Of a DNA stretch of 64,000 nucleotides, positions 44,593 through 53,188 are shown one piece after another (within the stretch, counting starts at the first letter, position 1; each line of letters begins with the position of its first letter). This DNA is from an uncultured Clostridia bacterium. Lineage in GTDB: Bacteria; Bacillota; Clostridia; Christensenellales; UBA3700. Below the pieces are notes generated by a model. The model did no database searches. It was not told the DNA's origin and saw only the letters and a list, made by a program, of their open reading frames with translations. The DNA lies in NCBI GenBank assembly GCA_944380395.1, contig CALWHM010000002.1:1526-65525 (forward strand), read 5' to 3'. A program made the position numbers and the translations under genes.

Positions 44593-44867
44593 TCATGTTA
44601 TTACGCGAACGACGTCGAATTGCTTTTTTCGATGTCTTTGATCATGCGCTGGGGGCGATGACTGTCCGCGCAGAACACGCCCTGTCGATATACGTTCCTA
44701 CTATCTCCATATCGTTGTACTTGGTGTATTCGGTGCACTGCTTGATCTGCCCTCGATGCTCTCTTCCGGTTGTCGCTCGAATACAAGCGCAAATGACATA
44801 AGAATAGCATCTACATATCCCGAATGTGCATTTCAACTCCGTTTTGTACAATTGCTATGCGATACAT
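44593..44867 (-). pseudogene. Decayed, truncated serine recombinase (resolvase/invertase N-terminal domain) remnant
   Basis: AGGAG plus ATG at 44867, then a stop after 18 codons. Recombinase-like peptides are spread over three frames: ESIEGQIKQCTEYTKYNDMEIVGTYIDRA.SA, then RPQ.RMIKDIEK, then KQFDVVRV. The remainder of the gene is absent. Confidence 0.7.
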
Positions 44868-45471
44868 TTTTCTCCTTATATTCAGACCCATTGCCTTTTA
44901 TGTAATGCTTTACTATCCCACCAATCGACTACCGTATTATCATTTAGAATTTTCGCATTTGCGTCTTACTATGAAAATTTATTTACTGTTTATATATCGG
45001 TAATGCCATATGGCGGAATATGTTTATCTATAAGCACCTCAAAATCTTATTTATATTTATTATAGCATAGTTTTTCTATGCAGTCAATGCTTACATTTGC
45101 CTTTTTCGGCAGGCTTAGGTTAGCATAATCTTTGCGTAAGTCAATGGAACAAACGAAATAAAGTCCGCAAAACGACGTTGCAATCTCTTAAAGTCTACGC
45201 TTATAAGCGCGGATATCAATACTCTTCAGATGAATGTTGCTGCTTGGTTGCATATGACCTAACACATTGCTGCGTGCATTCTTTTTTCCTTGAAAAAATA
45301 GAGCATCCCTATCTGCTTGATAAAAAGTTCTCTCCGCCTCAGATTGTTACGGATACTTTGTCCGAATATTGCGATAATCCTAAGCACGATATATTTGATA
45401 CTATATATATTGACAAACAAGAAATCGAATAAATATCAATAAGAGTCGCTGCGCCTAAAACTTTATTTATT

Positions 45472-45499
45472 CAAAAAAGAGGAAGTCTCCCTTCCTCTT
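45472..45499 (-). terminator. Rho-independent terminator of the 45514..46353 gene
   Basis: The minus strand reads AGAGGAAG-GGAGA-CTTCCTCT followed by TTTTTT (the plus-strand A-run at 45473-45478). Confidence 0.6.
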
Positions 45500-45513
45500 T
45501 CTGCCCTTACTTT

Positions 45514-46353
45514 TTATATGTGCATTATTATTTCCCCCGAATTTATGTCCTGATACATCACCCAATAGCCCGCGCCCTCTTCTTCCACGGGCAGCCAGCC
45601 GCGGCACTCGGGGCGCACCGACGGCGGGCGGGAATTATCCTTGTCGGGCACTCCGTAACACAGATAGCGCGCCTTCCCGTCCTCGTCGGCGATAACGCCC
45701 ACCACGTACTCTCCGCCCTCGCCCGTAACGCTCACCCACGCGGAGTTGGGAATTATCTTTTCCAAATTCTCCTGCTTGGGATAAGCGGCGAAAAGCTCTT
45801 CCAAATTCTCCTTTATCTCGTCCAAAAAGCCGGCTTTTCCGTCCCTGCCCCTGTTTTTTGTCTTTTTTCCGCCCGACTTTTTAGCGGCGGGCGCGGCGTT
45901 TTCCTGCTTTGCCTCTTCTTTTTCTGCTTGCTCTTTCTCCGCTTTTGCTTGCTCTTTTTCTTGCTCTTTCTCCGCGCTTTCTTCTTCCTTTTCTTCGAGC
46001 GCGCTTACGCTTGCTTCGTCACGCTCTTCTTGCGCGCTTTCTTCAAACGCGTCCTCTCCCGTCTGAGCCTCGTCGAATACGGGAGCGGGGGAAGAGAGCG
46101 CGATTATCGCCCCGCCTTTTACTATGCGCGCCGCCACGCGGCTTTCGCTCGTGAGCGGATAAGGCAGATTGAATCTGCTTGCGGCGGGCGCGGAAAAATA
46201 TCTGCCGTCCACCATCAATTCCGCAATGGCGCCCTCGGGGCAATGCGTCTTTACCTCTCCCGTGGTCCTGCCGCCGAAGTATTCCAATTTGATAAGCCCG
46301 GGCGCGCCGCCGTCCGTGCGCGCAAGCACTATGTTTTTCTTGACAACGAACAT
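45514..46353 (-). CDS. Hypothetical protein with a central E/K-rich low-complexity linker
   Basis: 279 aa with a GGAGG Shine-Dalgarno. Two globular ends are joined by EEKEEESAEKEQEKEQAKAEKEQAEKEEAKQE. No family recognised. Confidence 0.5.
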   Translation of the reverse strand: MFVVKKNIVLARTDGGAPGLIKLEYFGGRTTGEVKTHCPEGAIAELMVDGRYFSAPAASRFNLPYPLTSESRVAARIVKGGAIIALSSPAPVFDEAQTGEDAFEESAQEERDEASVSALEEKEEESAEKEQEKEQAKAEKEQAEKEEAKQENAAPAAKKSGGKKTKNRGRDGKAGFLDEIKENLEELFAAYPKQENLEKIIPNSAWVSVTGEGGEYVVGVIADEDGKARYLCYGVPDKDNSRPPSVRPECRGWLPVEEEGAGYWVMYQDINSGEIIMHI

Positions 46354-46447
46354 AAAAAACCTCCGAAGGTATCGGAAGTTATCTTGGCAGCGCCGCTTTC
46401 CGATACTGTTTAAGCATATGCCGCGAAGGTTTGCAAAATACCGAATA

Positions 46448-47272
46448 TTACTGCTTTTTCAAATTTTCCGCAAGTTTTATAAAGTCTTCCACGCCCAGCT
46501 TTTCCCCGCGCACGCGCACGTCGAAGCCGCAGCTTGTCAGCAGTCCTTCCGCTTCCCCGCGCGTAAGGGAAAACGCCGCGCACAGGTTGTTTGCCAAAGT
46601 CTTGCGCCTCATTGCAAACGCCGCCCTGATGATTTTTTTCACAAGCTGTTTGTCCGCTCCGTCATACTTGTCGTGCATATCTATGCGCACGACGCAGCTG
46701 TCCACATTGGGGCGCGGAGTAAACATAGTGCGCGGCACTATGCGCGTTATGCGCGCCGTTCCTTCCAGCGCCACCGCGGCGGTTATCGCGCCGTAGTCTG
46801 CGGTGCCGGGCGCTGCGATAAGCCGCTCTCCCACTTCCTTCTGCACCATTACGGAGACGCTTTCGGGCTTGTGTTCCCTCTCCAAAAAGCGCATTATAAC
46901 GGGAGTCGTGATGTAATAAGGCAGATTGGCGACCAGCTTGTATGCTCCGCCCAAAATGCCGTCCAGCTCCTCATCGCTCTCCTTCATAATGTCGCGGAAT
47001 ATTACTTCCGCTTTGTCGTCCAGCCCAGCCAGTGTTTGTGAGAGTACGGGCGCCAAATTTTTGTCTATCTCATAGCTTATCACCCTGTCCGCCTTGGCGG
47101 CAAGCGCGGCGGTGAGCGTGCCTGCGCCCGCGCCTATTTCCAGCACGGTGCCGCCCGTCACGCCCGCTTCGTCCACTATCGCGGCAAGCAGGTTTTTATC
47201 CGTGATAAAATTTTGTCCGAACTTTTTTTCAAAGGAAAAATTCGCCCCTGCAAGTATGTCCGCTATGCTCAT
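46448..47272 (-). CDS. rsmA: 16S rRNA (adenine1518/1519-N6)-dimethyltransferase
   Basis: Start trimmed to ATG 47272 (ATGA overlap with the upstream gene). KKFGQNFI N-terminal signature and the SAM motif VLEIGAGAGTLT. Confidence 0.9.
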   Translation of the reverse strand: MSIADILAGANFSFEKKFGQNFITDKNLLAAIVDEAGVTGGTVLEIGAGAGTLTAALAAKADRVISYEIDKNLAPVLSQTLAGLDDKAEVIFRDIMKESDEELDGILGGAYKLVANLPYYITTPVIMRFLEREHKPESVSVMVQKEVGERLIAAPGTADYGAITAAVALEGTARITRIVPRTMFTPRPNVDSCVVRIDMHDKYDGADKQLVKKIIRAAFAMRRKTLANNLCAAFSLTRGEAEGLLTSCGFDVRVRGEKLGVEDFIKLAENLKKQ

Positions 47273-47895
47273 ATGAGTTTCCTCACCCTGAGTTTTGCGC
47301 CTATCCCGCGCGCTATCTCCGCCGCCTTTTGCAGCTGTTCGGCGGGTACGCAGTCCACTATGCTCAAAACCACGTTTCCGCCGCACGCCACGCACCTTTT
47401 GGCAAAGTCAAGCATAATATCGAACGCCTTCAAGCCGAAGCGGCTGTGACAGAGCTTGTCGTAAGACTGCGCGTCCGTGGCGTTGAGGGATACGTTGATG
47501 GTGTCTATGCACTTTGCCATGCGCGGCGCTATATCCCTGCCCAAAATGGCGCTGCCCTGTCCGTTTGTGTTTATCCTGGTCTTTATGCCCCTGTCGTGGG
47601 CGTAGCCTGCCAGCATCTCCACCAAATCAAAGCGGGCGCTCGGCTCCCCGTAGCCGCAAAATACCATCTCCTTATAACGGCTGAAATCCATCTTATCCAA
47701 AATTTCCGTAACGTCGGAGTAGGAAGGCTCCCTGTCCAGCCAAAGGTCGTAGTCTCCCTCCCCTTTATGACTGCCGAATTCCCTGCCGTCCATCACAGAC
47801 TCGTGATTGCGCAGGCAGAATTCGCAGGCGTTGGAACAATAATTGGTGAGATTTATATATATGTTTCCGTAAATGGTGTAGACGTAAGTATTCAT
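47269..47895 (-). CDS. Radical SAM protein (TatD-associated type)
   Basis: 208 aa. The CSNACEFC motif (CxxxCxxC) is near the N-terminus. Located between tatD and rsmA. Confidence 0.75.
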   Translation of the reverse strand: MNTYVYTIYGNIYINLTNYCSNACEFCLRNHESVMDGREFGSHKGEGDYDLWLDREPSYSDVTEILDKMDFSRYKEMVFCGYGEPSARFDLVEMLAGYAHDRGIKTRINTNGQGSAILGRDIAPRMAKCIDTINVSLNATDAQSYDKLCHSRFGLKAFDIMLDFAKRCVACGGNVVLSIVDCVPAEQLQKAAEIARGIGAKLRVRKLI

Positions 47896-47907
47896 TTCCG
47901 CCTCCGA

Positions 47908-48666
47908 TCAAAAACCGTAGTACCGCCGCGCGTTTTCCGCCGTCAGTTTTGCCGCCTCTTCGGCGCTTATGCCCAATATTTCCGCCATCTTTTCCACAAC
48001 GTATCTGACATACGCGGGGCGGTTCACCTGCCCGCGGAAGGGCACGGGCGTCATATAGGGGCAGTCCGTTTCCGCAAGCAGTCTGTCCTTGGGAACGGCG
48101 CGGACTATCTCGTCCTTTTTGGCGTTTTTGAACGTTATCACTCCGCCGAAGGCAAAGTACGCGTCAAATTCCCCGAACCGCTCGACCATCTCGCGGCTGC
48201 CGCCGTAACAATGCATCAAAACCCCGTTTTTCAGCAGCTGCCTGCACTCGCTCAAAATGGCAAACGCGTCGCCGTAAGCGTCGCGTATATGTAAATTGAC
48301 GGGCTTTTTCGCCCTGTGCGCCATTTCCAGCTGCGCTATAAACACATCTTTCTGCACGTTTCGGGGAGCTATCTCATAGCAATAATCCAGACCTATCTCC
48401 CCCACCGCCACCGTTTTGGGCAGGGCGGCAAGCGCCAGATATTCGTCGATATGCCCCTTCTCGAACCCTGCCGCCTCCTCCGGGTGACAGCCCACGGCGC
48501 AATATACGCCCTCGTGCCCCTCCGCCAGGGCGGAAGCGCGGTAAGAAGAGGCAAGGTCAAAGCCGTTTTCCACCACGGCAAACAACCCGTCCTGCGGCAT
48601 ACGCGCTATCTCTTCCTCCGCGTTCAGCCGCTCGTCCAGCAGATGGCAATGACTGTCTATCAGCAT
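47908..48666 (-). CDS. tatD: TatD-family metal-dependent hydrolase/DNase
   Basis: 252 aa. IDSHCHL N-terminal metal motif, plus the EIGLDY and LHIRDA motifs. Confidence 0.9.
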   Translation of the reverse strand: MLIDSHCHLLDERLNAEEEIARMPQDGLFAVVENGFDLASSYRASALAEGHEGVYCAVGCHPEEAAGFEKGHIDEYLALAALPKTVAVGEIGLDYCYEIAPRNVQKDVFIAQLEMAHRAKKPVNLHIRDAYGDAFAILSECRQLLKNGVLMHCYGGSREMVERFGEFDAYFAFGGVITFKNAKKDEIVRAVPKDRLLAETDCPYMTPVPFRGQVNRPAYVRYVVEKMAEILGISAEEAAKLTAENARRYYGF

Positions 48667-48667
48667 A

Positions 48668-50629
48668 TTATGAAATATCGCTGCCCGCGGGCATATCCGC
48701 GTCGGGTCTGAGCAAAGTCAACTTTCCTTCGGGAGAAGAAGCGCAAAGCAGCATTCCCTGAGAGAGTATGCCGCGCAGTTTGACAGGCTTTAAGTTGGCT
48801 ACCACCACCACTTTTCTGCCCACCATATCCTCCGGCGCATAATACTTTGCTATGCCGCTGACTATCGTGCGCGGTTTTTCCTCGCCCAGATCCACGGTTG
48901 AGCACAAGAGTTTATCCGCTTTTTCCACCTTTTTGCAGTCGAGTACAATGCCCACTTTCAGCTGCACTTTGTCAAAGTCTTCTATGCCTATCTCTTGCTT
49001 TTCTTCACTGTTTTCCGCGGTTTTTTCCGCCCCTGCCCCCGCTTTTTGCTCCTTTTCTTCGGAAAGCGCTTGGGCTATTTTTTCAAGCTCTTTCAATTCT
49101 TTGTCTATATCCAGCCTGTTGAAAAGATTTGCGCCCTTGTCCACCTTTGTGCCGAAGCTCATAGGCTTTGATAAGGACTCAAACGTGCGCTCGCTCTGCG
49201 CAACGCCCAGCTTGTTCAAAATCTTTTCCGCCGTTTCCGGCAAAAACGCCTGCAACACTACGGCGCAAGCGCGTATGGCTTCCGCCAAATTGAACAGCAC
49301 GCTTGAAAGGCGGACCTTGCCCTCTTCACTGCCGCCCAGCGTCCAGGGTGCGGTTTCGTCAATATACTTGTTCGCGCGGCGCAGCACTTCCCACACGGCG
49401 TCCATAGCGGTGGTGACGTTGGGCTTTTTCAGCTCCTTCCTCACCTTGTCCAAAAGCCCCGCCGTGAGCGCTTTGAGTTCTCCGTCCGCATTTTCGTCGT
49501 CGCCTACGGGCTGAGGCACGGCGCCGAAATACTTGTCTATCATCGCCGTGGTGCGCGAAACCAGATTGCCCAGCGTGTTGGCAAGGTCGGAGTTATAAGC
49601 GCGCACAAGCATTTCGTTGCTGTACTCCCCGTCCTCTCCGAAAGGCACGATGTGCAGGATATAATAACGCAGGGTGTCCACCCCGTATCTGTCGCTCAAA
49701 ATAAAGGGATCCACCACGTTGCCCTTGGACTTGCTCATCTTGCCGCCGTCGAACATTATCCATCCGTGTCCGAACACCTTTTCGGGAAGAGGCAGATCCA
49801 GTGCCGTAAGGAACGCAGGCCATATGACGGAGTGGAATCTCACTATCTCCTTTGCCATCATATGCACGTTTGCCGGCCAATACTTTTTGAACAGTTCCTC
49901 GTCGTCGCTCGCGTACCCGAGCGCGGTGATATAGTTGAAGAGCGCGTCCAGCCACACATATATGACGTGCTTTTGATCAAAGGGCACCTTTACGCCCCAA
50001 TCAAAGGAAGTGCGCGATACGCACAGATCCTGCAAGCCCGGCTTTACGAAGTTGTTCAGCATCTCCTTGCGGCGGGACGCAGGCATAAGAAAATCTCCTT
50101 CCGAAAGCAGTTTTTCTATCACGCCCTGATACTTGCTCAGGCGGAAGAAGTAGCTCTCCTCGCGCGCGGTCTGCACCTCTCTGCCGCAGTCGGGGCACTT
50201 GCCGTCAACAAGCTGACTTTTCGTCCAGAAGGATTCGCAGGGCACGCAGTACATTCCCTCGTACTCGCTCTTGTATATGTCGCCCTTTTCATAGAGCTTT
50301 TCGAATATCTTCTGAACGGCTTTTTCGTGATATTCGTCCGTGGTGCGTATAAACTTATCGTAAGTGATGTCCAAGCGCTTCCACAGTCTTTTCAGATCGT
50401 CCACAAGCTTGTCCACATACTGCTTGGGCGTCACCCCCGCCGCCTCGGCGGCGCGCTGTATCTTCTGCCCGTGCTCATCCGTGCCCGTCAGGAAAAACAC
50501 GTCCTTTCCGTCCAGGCGGTTGAACCGCGCAAGCGCGTCGCAGACAACGGTGGTGTAGCACGTGCCGATGTGCCACTTGCCGCTGGGATAGTATATGGGA
50601 GTTGTGATATAATACTTTTCTCTTTCCAT
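48668..50629 (-). CDS. metG: Methionine--tRNA ligase with a C-terminal tRNA-binding (Trbp111/EMAP-like) domain
   Basis: 653 aa. YYPSGKWHIGT (HIGH-type), KMSKSKGN (KMSKS), a CPDCG zinc knuckle, and the C-terminal LKVGIVLDCKKVEKADKLL. Confidence 0.95.
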   Translation of the reverse strand: MEREKYYITTPIYYPSGKWHIGTCYTTVVCDALARFNRLDGKDVFFLTGTDEHGQKIQRAAEAAGVTPKQYVDKLVDDLKRLWKRLDITYDKFIRTTDEYHEKAVQKIFEKLYEKGDIYKSEYEGMYCVPCESFWTKSQLVDGKCPDCGREVQTAREESYFFRLSKYQGVIEKLLSEGDFLMPASRRKEMLNNFVKPGLQDLCVSRTSFDWGVKVPFDQKHVIYVWLDALFNYITALGYASDDEELFKKYWPANVHMMAKEIVRFHSVIWPAFLTALDLPLPEKVFGHGWIMFDGGKMSKSKGNVVDPFILSDRYGVDTLRYYILHIVPFGEDGEYSNEMLVRAYNSDLANTLGNLVSRTTAMIDKYFGAVPQPVGDDENADGELKALTAGLLDKVRKELKKPNVTTAMDAVWEVLRRANKYIDETAPWTLGGSEEGKVRLSSVLFNLAEAIRACAVVLQAFLPETAEKILNKLGVAQSERTFESLSKPMSFGTKVDKGANLFNRLDIDKELKELEKIAQALSEEKEQKAGAGAEKTAENSEEKQEIGIEDFDKVQLKVGIVLDCKKVEKADKLLCSTVDLGEEKPRTIVSGIAKYYAPEDMVGRKVVVVANLKPVKLRGILSQGMLLCASSPEGKLTLLRPDADMPAGSDIS

Positions 50630-50630
50630 A

Positions 50631-52325
50631 TTATGCTGCCTTAAAGGCGGTTATATAGGTGCTCAGTCCGCTAGATTCCATAAACTTGGGCAGGGGCTTG
50701 GTGATCACCGTGGTCTTGGTGCTGTCTTCGGGGTCGGTGACGGTATACGTCTTTTCGTTTTCGTCGTAAGCGTATTTGGAGTCCGTGCAGCCCTCTTCTC
50801 CCACTTCCCAATAACCGGAAGCCACAACGCCAGCTATCATCCATTCGCCGCCGTCCTTGGCGTAATCAAGGGAGCTGAGCGCCGCCACGGAAGTATAGTT
50901 GCCCGTGATGGAGTTGATATAGAAGTAGAACGTCACTTCCGCGCCGTCCACGGTGCGCGTGATGACGGAAGAGGAGATGTAGTCCACATACACGGTGTCC
51001 GTGGTGTTGTCCATCACCTTGCCCAGCGCGTATTCTTCGTCCAGATTGAACTTGTAAAGCGCATTGGAAACCGTATAGTACAGATACTTGCCCGCAACGT
51101 TGTTGTTGGTGGCGTTCGCCGCTTCGTCCCTCACCGCTATAATGGTGGGAGCGCCTTCCAGCGCCTGCTGCGTGCCCTCGTCGTCCTTGCCGATATTCAC
51201 GGTGCGGGGCGTGCCGTTGTCGTTATAGTAACGGTTGATATTGGAGCTGCTCACGGAAAGCACGCCGTAATCGTAGCTCACCGCCTCCACGGAAGAGAGC
51301 GCGGAGTTGGCTATCACCCTCTCCTTTGACATATCGAGCACTGCGCTTTCACCGCCGAACGCGTCCTTGCTCACCAAATATTGAGCGGTCACGGTTTTGG
51401 CGTTGGACGTGGAAGAAGAGCCGGGAGTGCGCGAATATACCAGCGCCACGCCGCCTTCTTCTACACTGTAATCAAGCAGGGAAACCGTGAATTGATACTG
51501 CACCGCCACGCTTGCGCCCTCGGGCACAAATGTGGTGTGGTCTATAAGCAGAGTGCTTGCGCCCGCATAGTCGCACACGTACACCCTGTTGCCGTAAAGC
51601 ACGGCGCTGTTTTCCGTATCCGCGGCTTTGGTGTAGAAGAACATATCGCTTGCCCTGTCCTTGCCGTAGGAATATTCCCCGTCCTTGACAAACATCGCGT
51701 CAGTGACTTCTTCCGCCACTACGGTCTTTTCACCCACTTCGCTATCGCTGTAAGCCACTTTGACTATCTGCGCGTTGGTCGAATCGTAATAGAACAGCGC
51801 TTCGTCCGTCCAGATATACTCATAGGTGTTCGCCGCGGTCGCAGCCACCTGCTGAGTTTCCGTGCCGTCCGTTTTGGTGCGGTAGAAGTCCATACGGGAA
51901 GTGAGCACGGTGCCGTCGGACTGCGTTTCCGTGGACGGAGAAGTGTAGTATATCCAATTGCCGAACACGTAAAGTCCGCCTTCCGCCTGTCCGTTGTAGA
52001 ACATTTTGGGAACGACTACCTGCACGTCCTTTACGCTGCCGTCCTTGGCAAGAGTGCCTTTCATTATGCTGCCCTGATAGCCCGCCTGACCGAACCAGTT
52101 GTTCTCAGGCTCCGTTATCGTGGCAAGGTCGCCTTTGCCGTTCACGAAATAAACGGTGTTGCCCTGAGCCACTGCCACGCTGCCGTTGCCCGAAACCTGA
52201 GCTTCGGGATCGGTAGAGCCTACGGGTCCCCAGGTATAGTCCTGGCACGCGGCAAGCACGCCTACGGCGGCTACTGCCACCACCAGAACGATAAGTGCGA
52301 GTTTTGCGATTTTTTTCATATTCAA
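50631..52325 (-). CDS. Secreted lipoprotein, probably beta-propeller (DUF5050-like)
   Basis: 564 aa. Signal peptide with lipobox-like LAAC. Repeated Y/F-Y-x-x blade-like motifs (VYFVN, IYYTS, LFYYDS, MFFYTK, LYYTVS). Confidence 0.55.
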   Translation of the reverse strand: MNMKKIAKLALIVLVVAVAAVGVLAACQDYTWGPVGSTDPEAQVSGNGSVAVAQGNTVYFVNGKGDLATITEPENNWFGQAGYQGSIMKGTLAKDGSVKDVQVVVPKMFYNGQAEGGLYVFGNWIYYTSPSTETQSDGTVLTSRMDFYRTKTDGTETQQVAATAANTYEYIWTDEALFYYDSTNAQIVKVAYSDSEVGEKTVVAEEVTDAMFVKDGEYSYGKDRASDMFFYTKAADTENSAVLYGNRVYVCDYAGASTLLIDHTTFVPEGASVAVQYQFTVSLLDYSVEEGGVALVYSRTPGSSSTSNAKTVTAQYLVSKDAFGGESAVLDMSKERVIANSALSSVEAVSYDYGVLSVSSSNINRYYNDNGTPRTVNIGKDDEGTQQALEGAPTIIAVRDEAANATNNNVAGKYLYYTVSNALYKFNLDEEYALGKVMDNTTDTVYVDYISSSVITRTVDGAEVTFYFYINSITGNYTSVAALSSLDYAKDGGEWMIAGVVASGYWEVGEEGCTDSKYAYDENEKTYTVTDPEDSTKTTVITKPLPKFMESSGLSTYITAFKAA

Positions 52326-52377
52326 CTCCTATGTTTTAGGTCGTTTTGCTATGCCTGTTCGGAATAACGCATATAAT

Positions 52378-52406
52378 ATTATAATATAATCGTCCGCATA
52401 TTGCAA
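52378..52406 (-). promoter_or_regulatory. Putative promoter of the lipoprotein-metG-tatD-rsmA operon
   Basis: The minus strand reads TTGCAA (52401-52406), 17-nt spacer, TATAAT (52378-52383). About 50 nt upstream of the ATG at 52325. Confidence 0.5.
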
Positions 52407-52629
52407 ACACTTTTTGCCCGTCAAAGAAGCGCGCGTTAAAATATACTTATATTTTACCCGAGCCCTTGTCTTCGCCTGCACCGAATTTTGAGCAAACCCC
52501 GCGCCGCTTTTTGCCGCAGTGCAAATGGCGCCCGCCCTAGCAATAATAAAATTCGCATTCTTCGCAAAATGCGTTAAAAAACCGTACTCCTTCAAACAAC
52601 TTTTTTCGCCGATGATTTTTCTTCTTCGC

Positions 52630-52660
52630 AAAAAAATACGCGCCCGAATACGGCGCGCGC
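52630..52660 (-). terminator. Rho-independent terminator after the 52688..53188 gene
   Basis: GC stem CGCGCC (52639-52644) / GGCGCG (52652-52657), followed on the minus strand by a T-run (the plus-strand A-run at 52630-52636). Confidence 0.55.
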
Positions 52661-52687
52661 CCTTGTTTTGCCGAATATAACAAGCTT

Positions 52688-53188
52688 TTACTCAAGCACC
52701 CCCAGCTTGGACGGCACGTGGAAGGTTTCGCACAGCGTGGGGAACACCGCATACAGAAGATACGGCTTGTTTGCGCCTTCACGCTCTATTCTGAACGCGT
52801 TGAAGCGCGACTTTCCCGCCGTATACTTTACGGGTATGAACGCCTCGACAAAATAGTTCTTCCCATCTTTTTTCACCGTGTGCGGTATTGACGGGTCTGT
52901 CATCTGTGTTATTCGCTCCCCGCTTTCGTGCCTTATCTTCCCCGCCCAAACAAGTCCGTTCGGGGAAAATTCGTACTCGTAATATTCGTTTGCATTGCCG
53001 TCCGGGGAAAAGAATATCTCCACCGCGCAGCCGTCGTATATCGGGTCGTTGTCCTTAGTGAACGGGGAGTAAAAACAGCTGTCATACGCGGAGTAAAAAA
53101 GACGCAGCCCGCCCTCTTCTTTTTTTATTTCAAGCGCGGTTATTCTGTCGGCTTTTTCGCCGTTATTGGCTTTTAGCGTATATTTCAT
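52688..53188 (-). CDS. Hypothetical protein (possible CBM9/DOMON-like carbohydrate-binding fold)
   Basis: 166-aa ORF with a 4-nt overlap with the upstream capD-like gene. The segment DGCAVEIFFSPDGNANEYYEYEFSPNG is reminiscent of CBM9-like domains. Weak call. Confidence 0.35.
   Translation of the reverse strand: MKYTLKANNGEKADRITALEIKKEEGGLRLFYSAYDSCFYSPFTKDNDPIYDGCAVEIFFSPDGNANEYYEYEFSPNGLVWAGKIRHESGERITQMTDPSIPHTVKKDGKNYFVEAFIPVKYTAGKSRFNAFRIEREGANKPYLLYAVFPTLCETFHVPSKLGVLE

Noticed and set aside
44826-45432. Small ORFs in the AT-rich spacer: 44826..45065(+) and 45178..45432(+).
   Set aside because: There is no Shine-Dalgarno and the second has a non-ATG start. The composition is Cys/Leu/Ser/Tyr-rich, as expected from random AT-rich DNA, and no motif is present. 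The region is more likely non-coding promoter or former attachment sequence.
47269-48666. TatD plus radical SAM pair as part of a Qat-like or other defence module.
   Set aside because: The order metG-tatD-(small genes)-rsmA is the conserved housekeeping synteny of Firmicutes (metS-yabD...ksgA in Bacillus). No QueC-like or ATPase partners are present.
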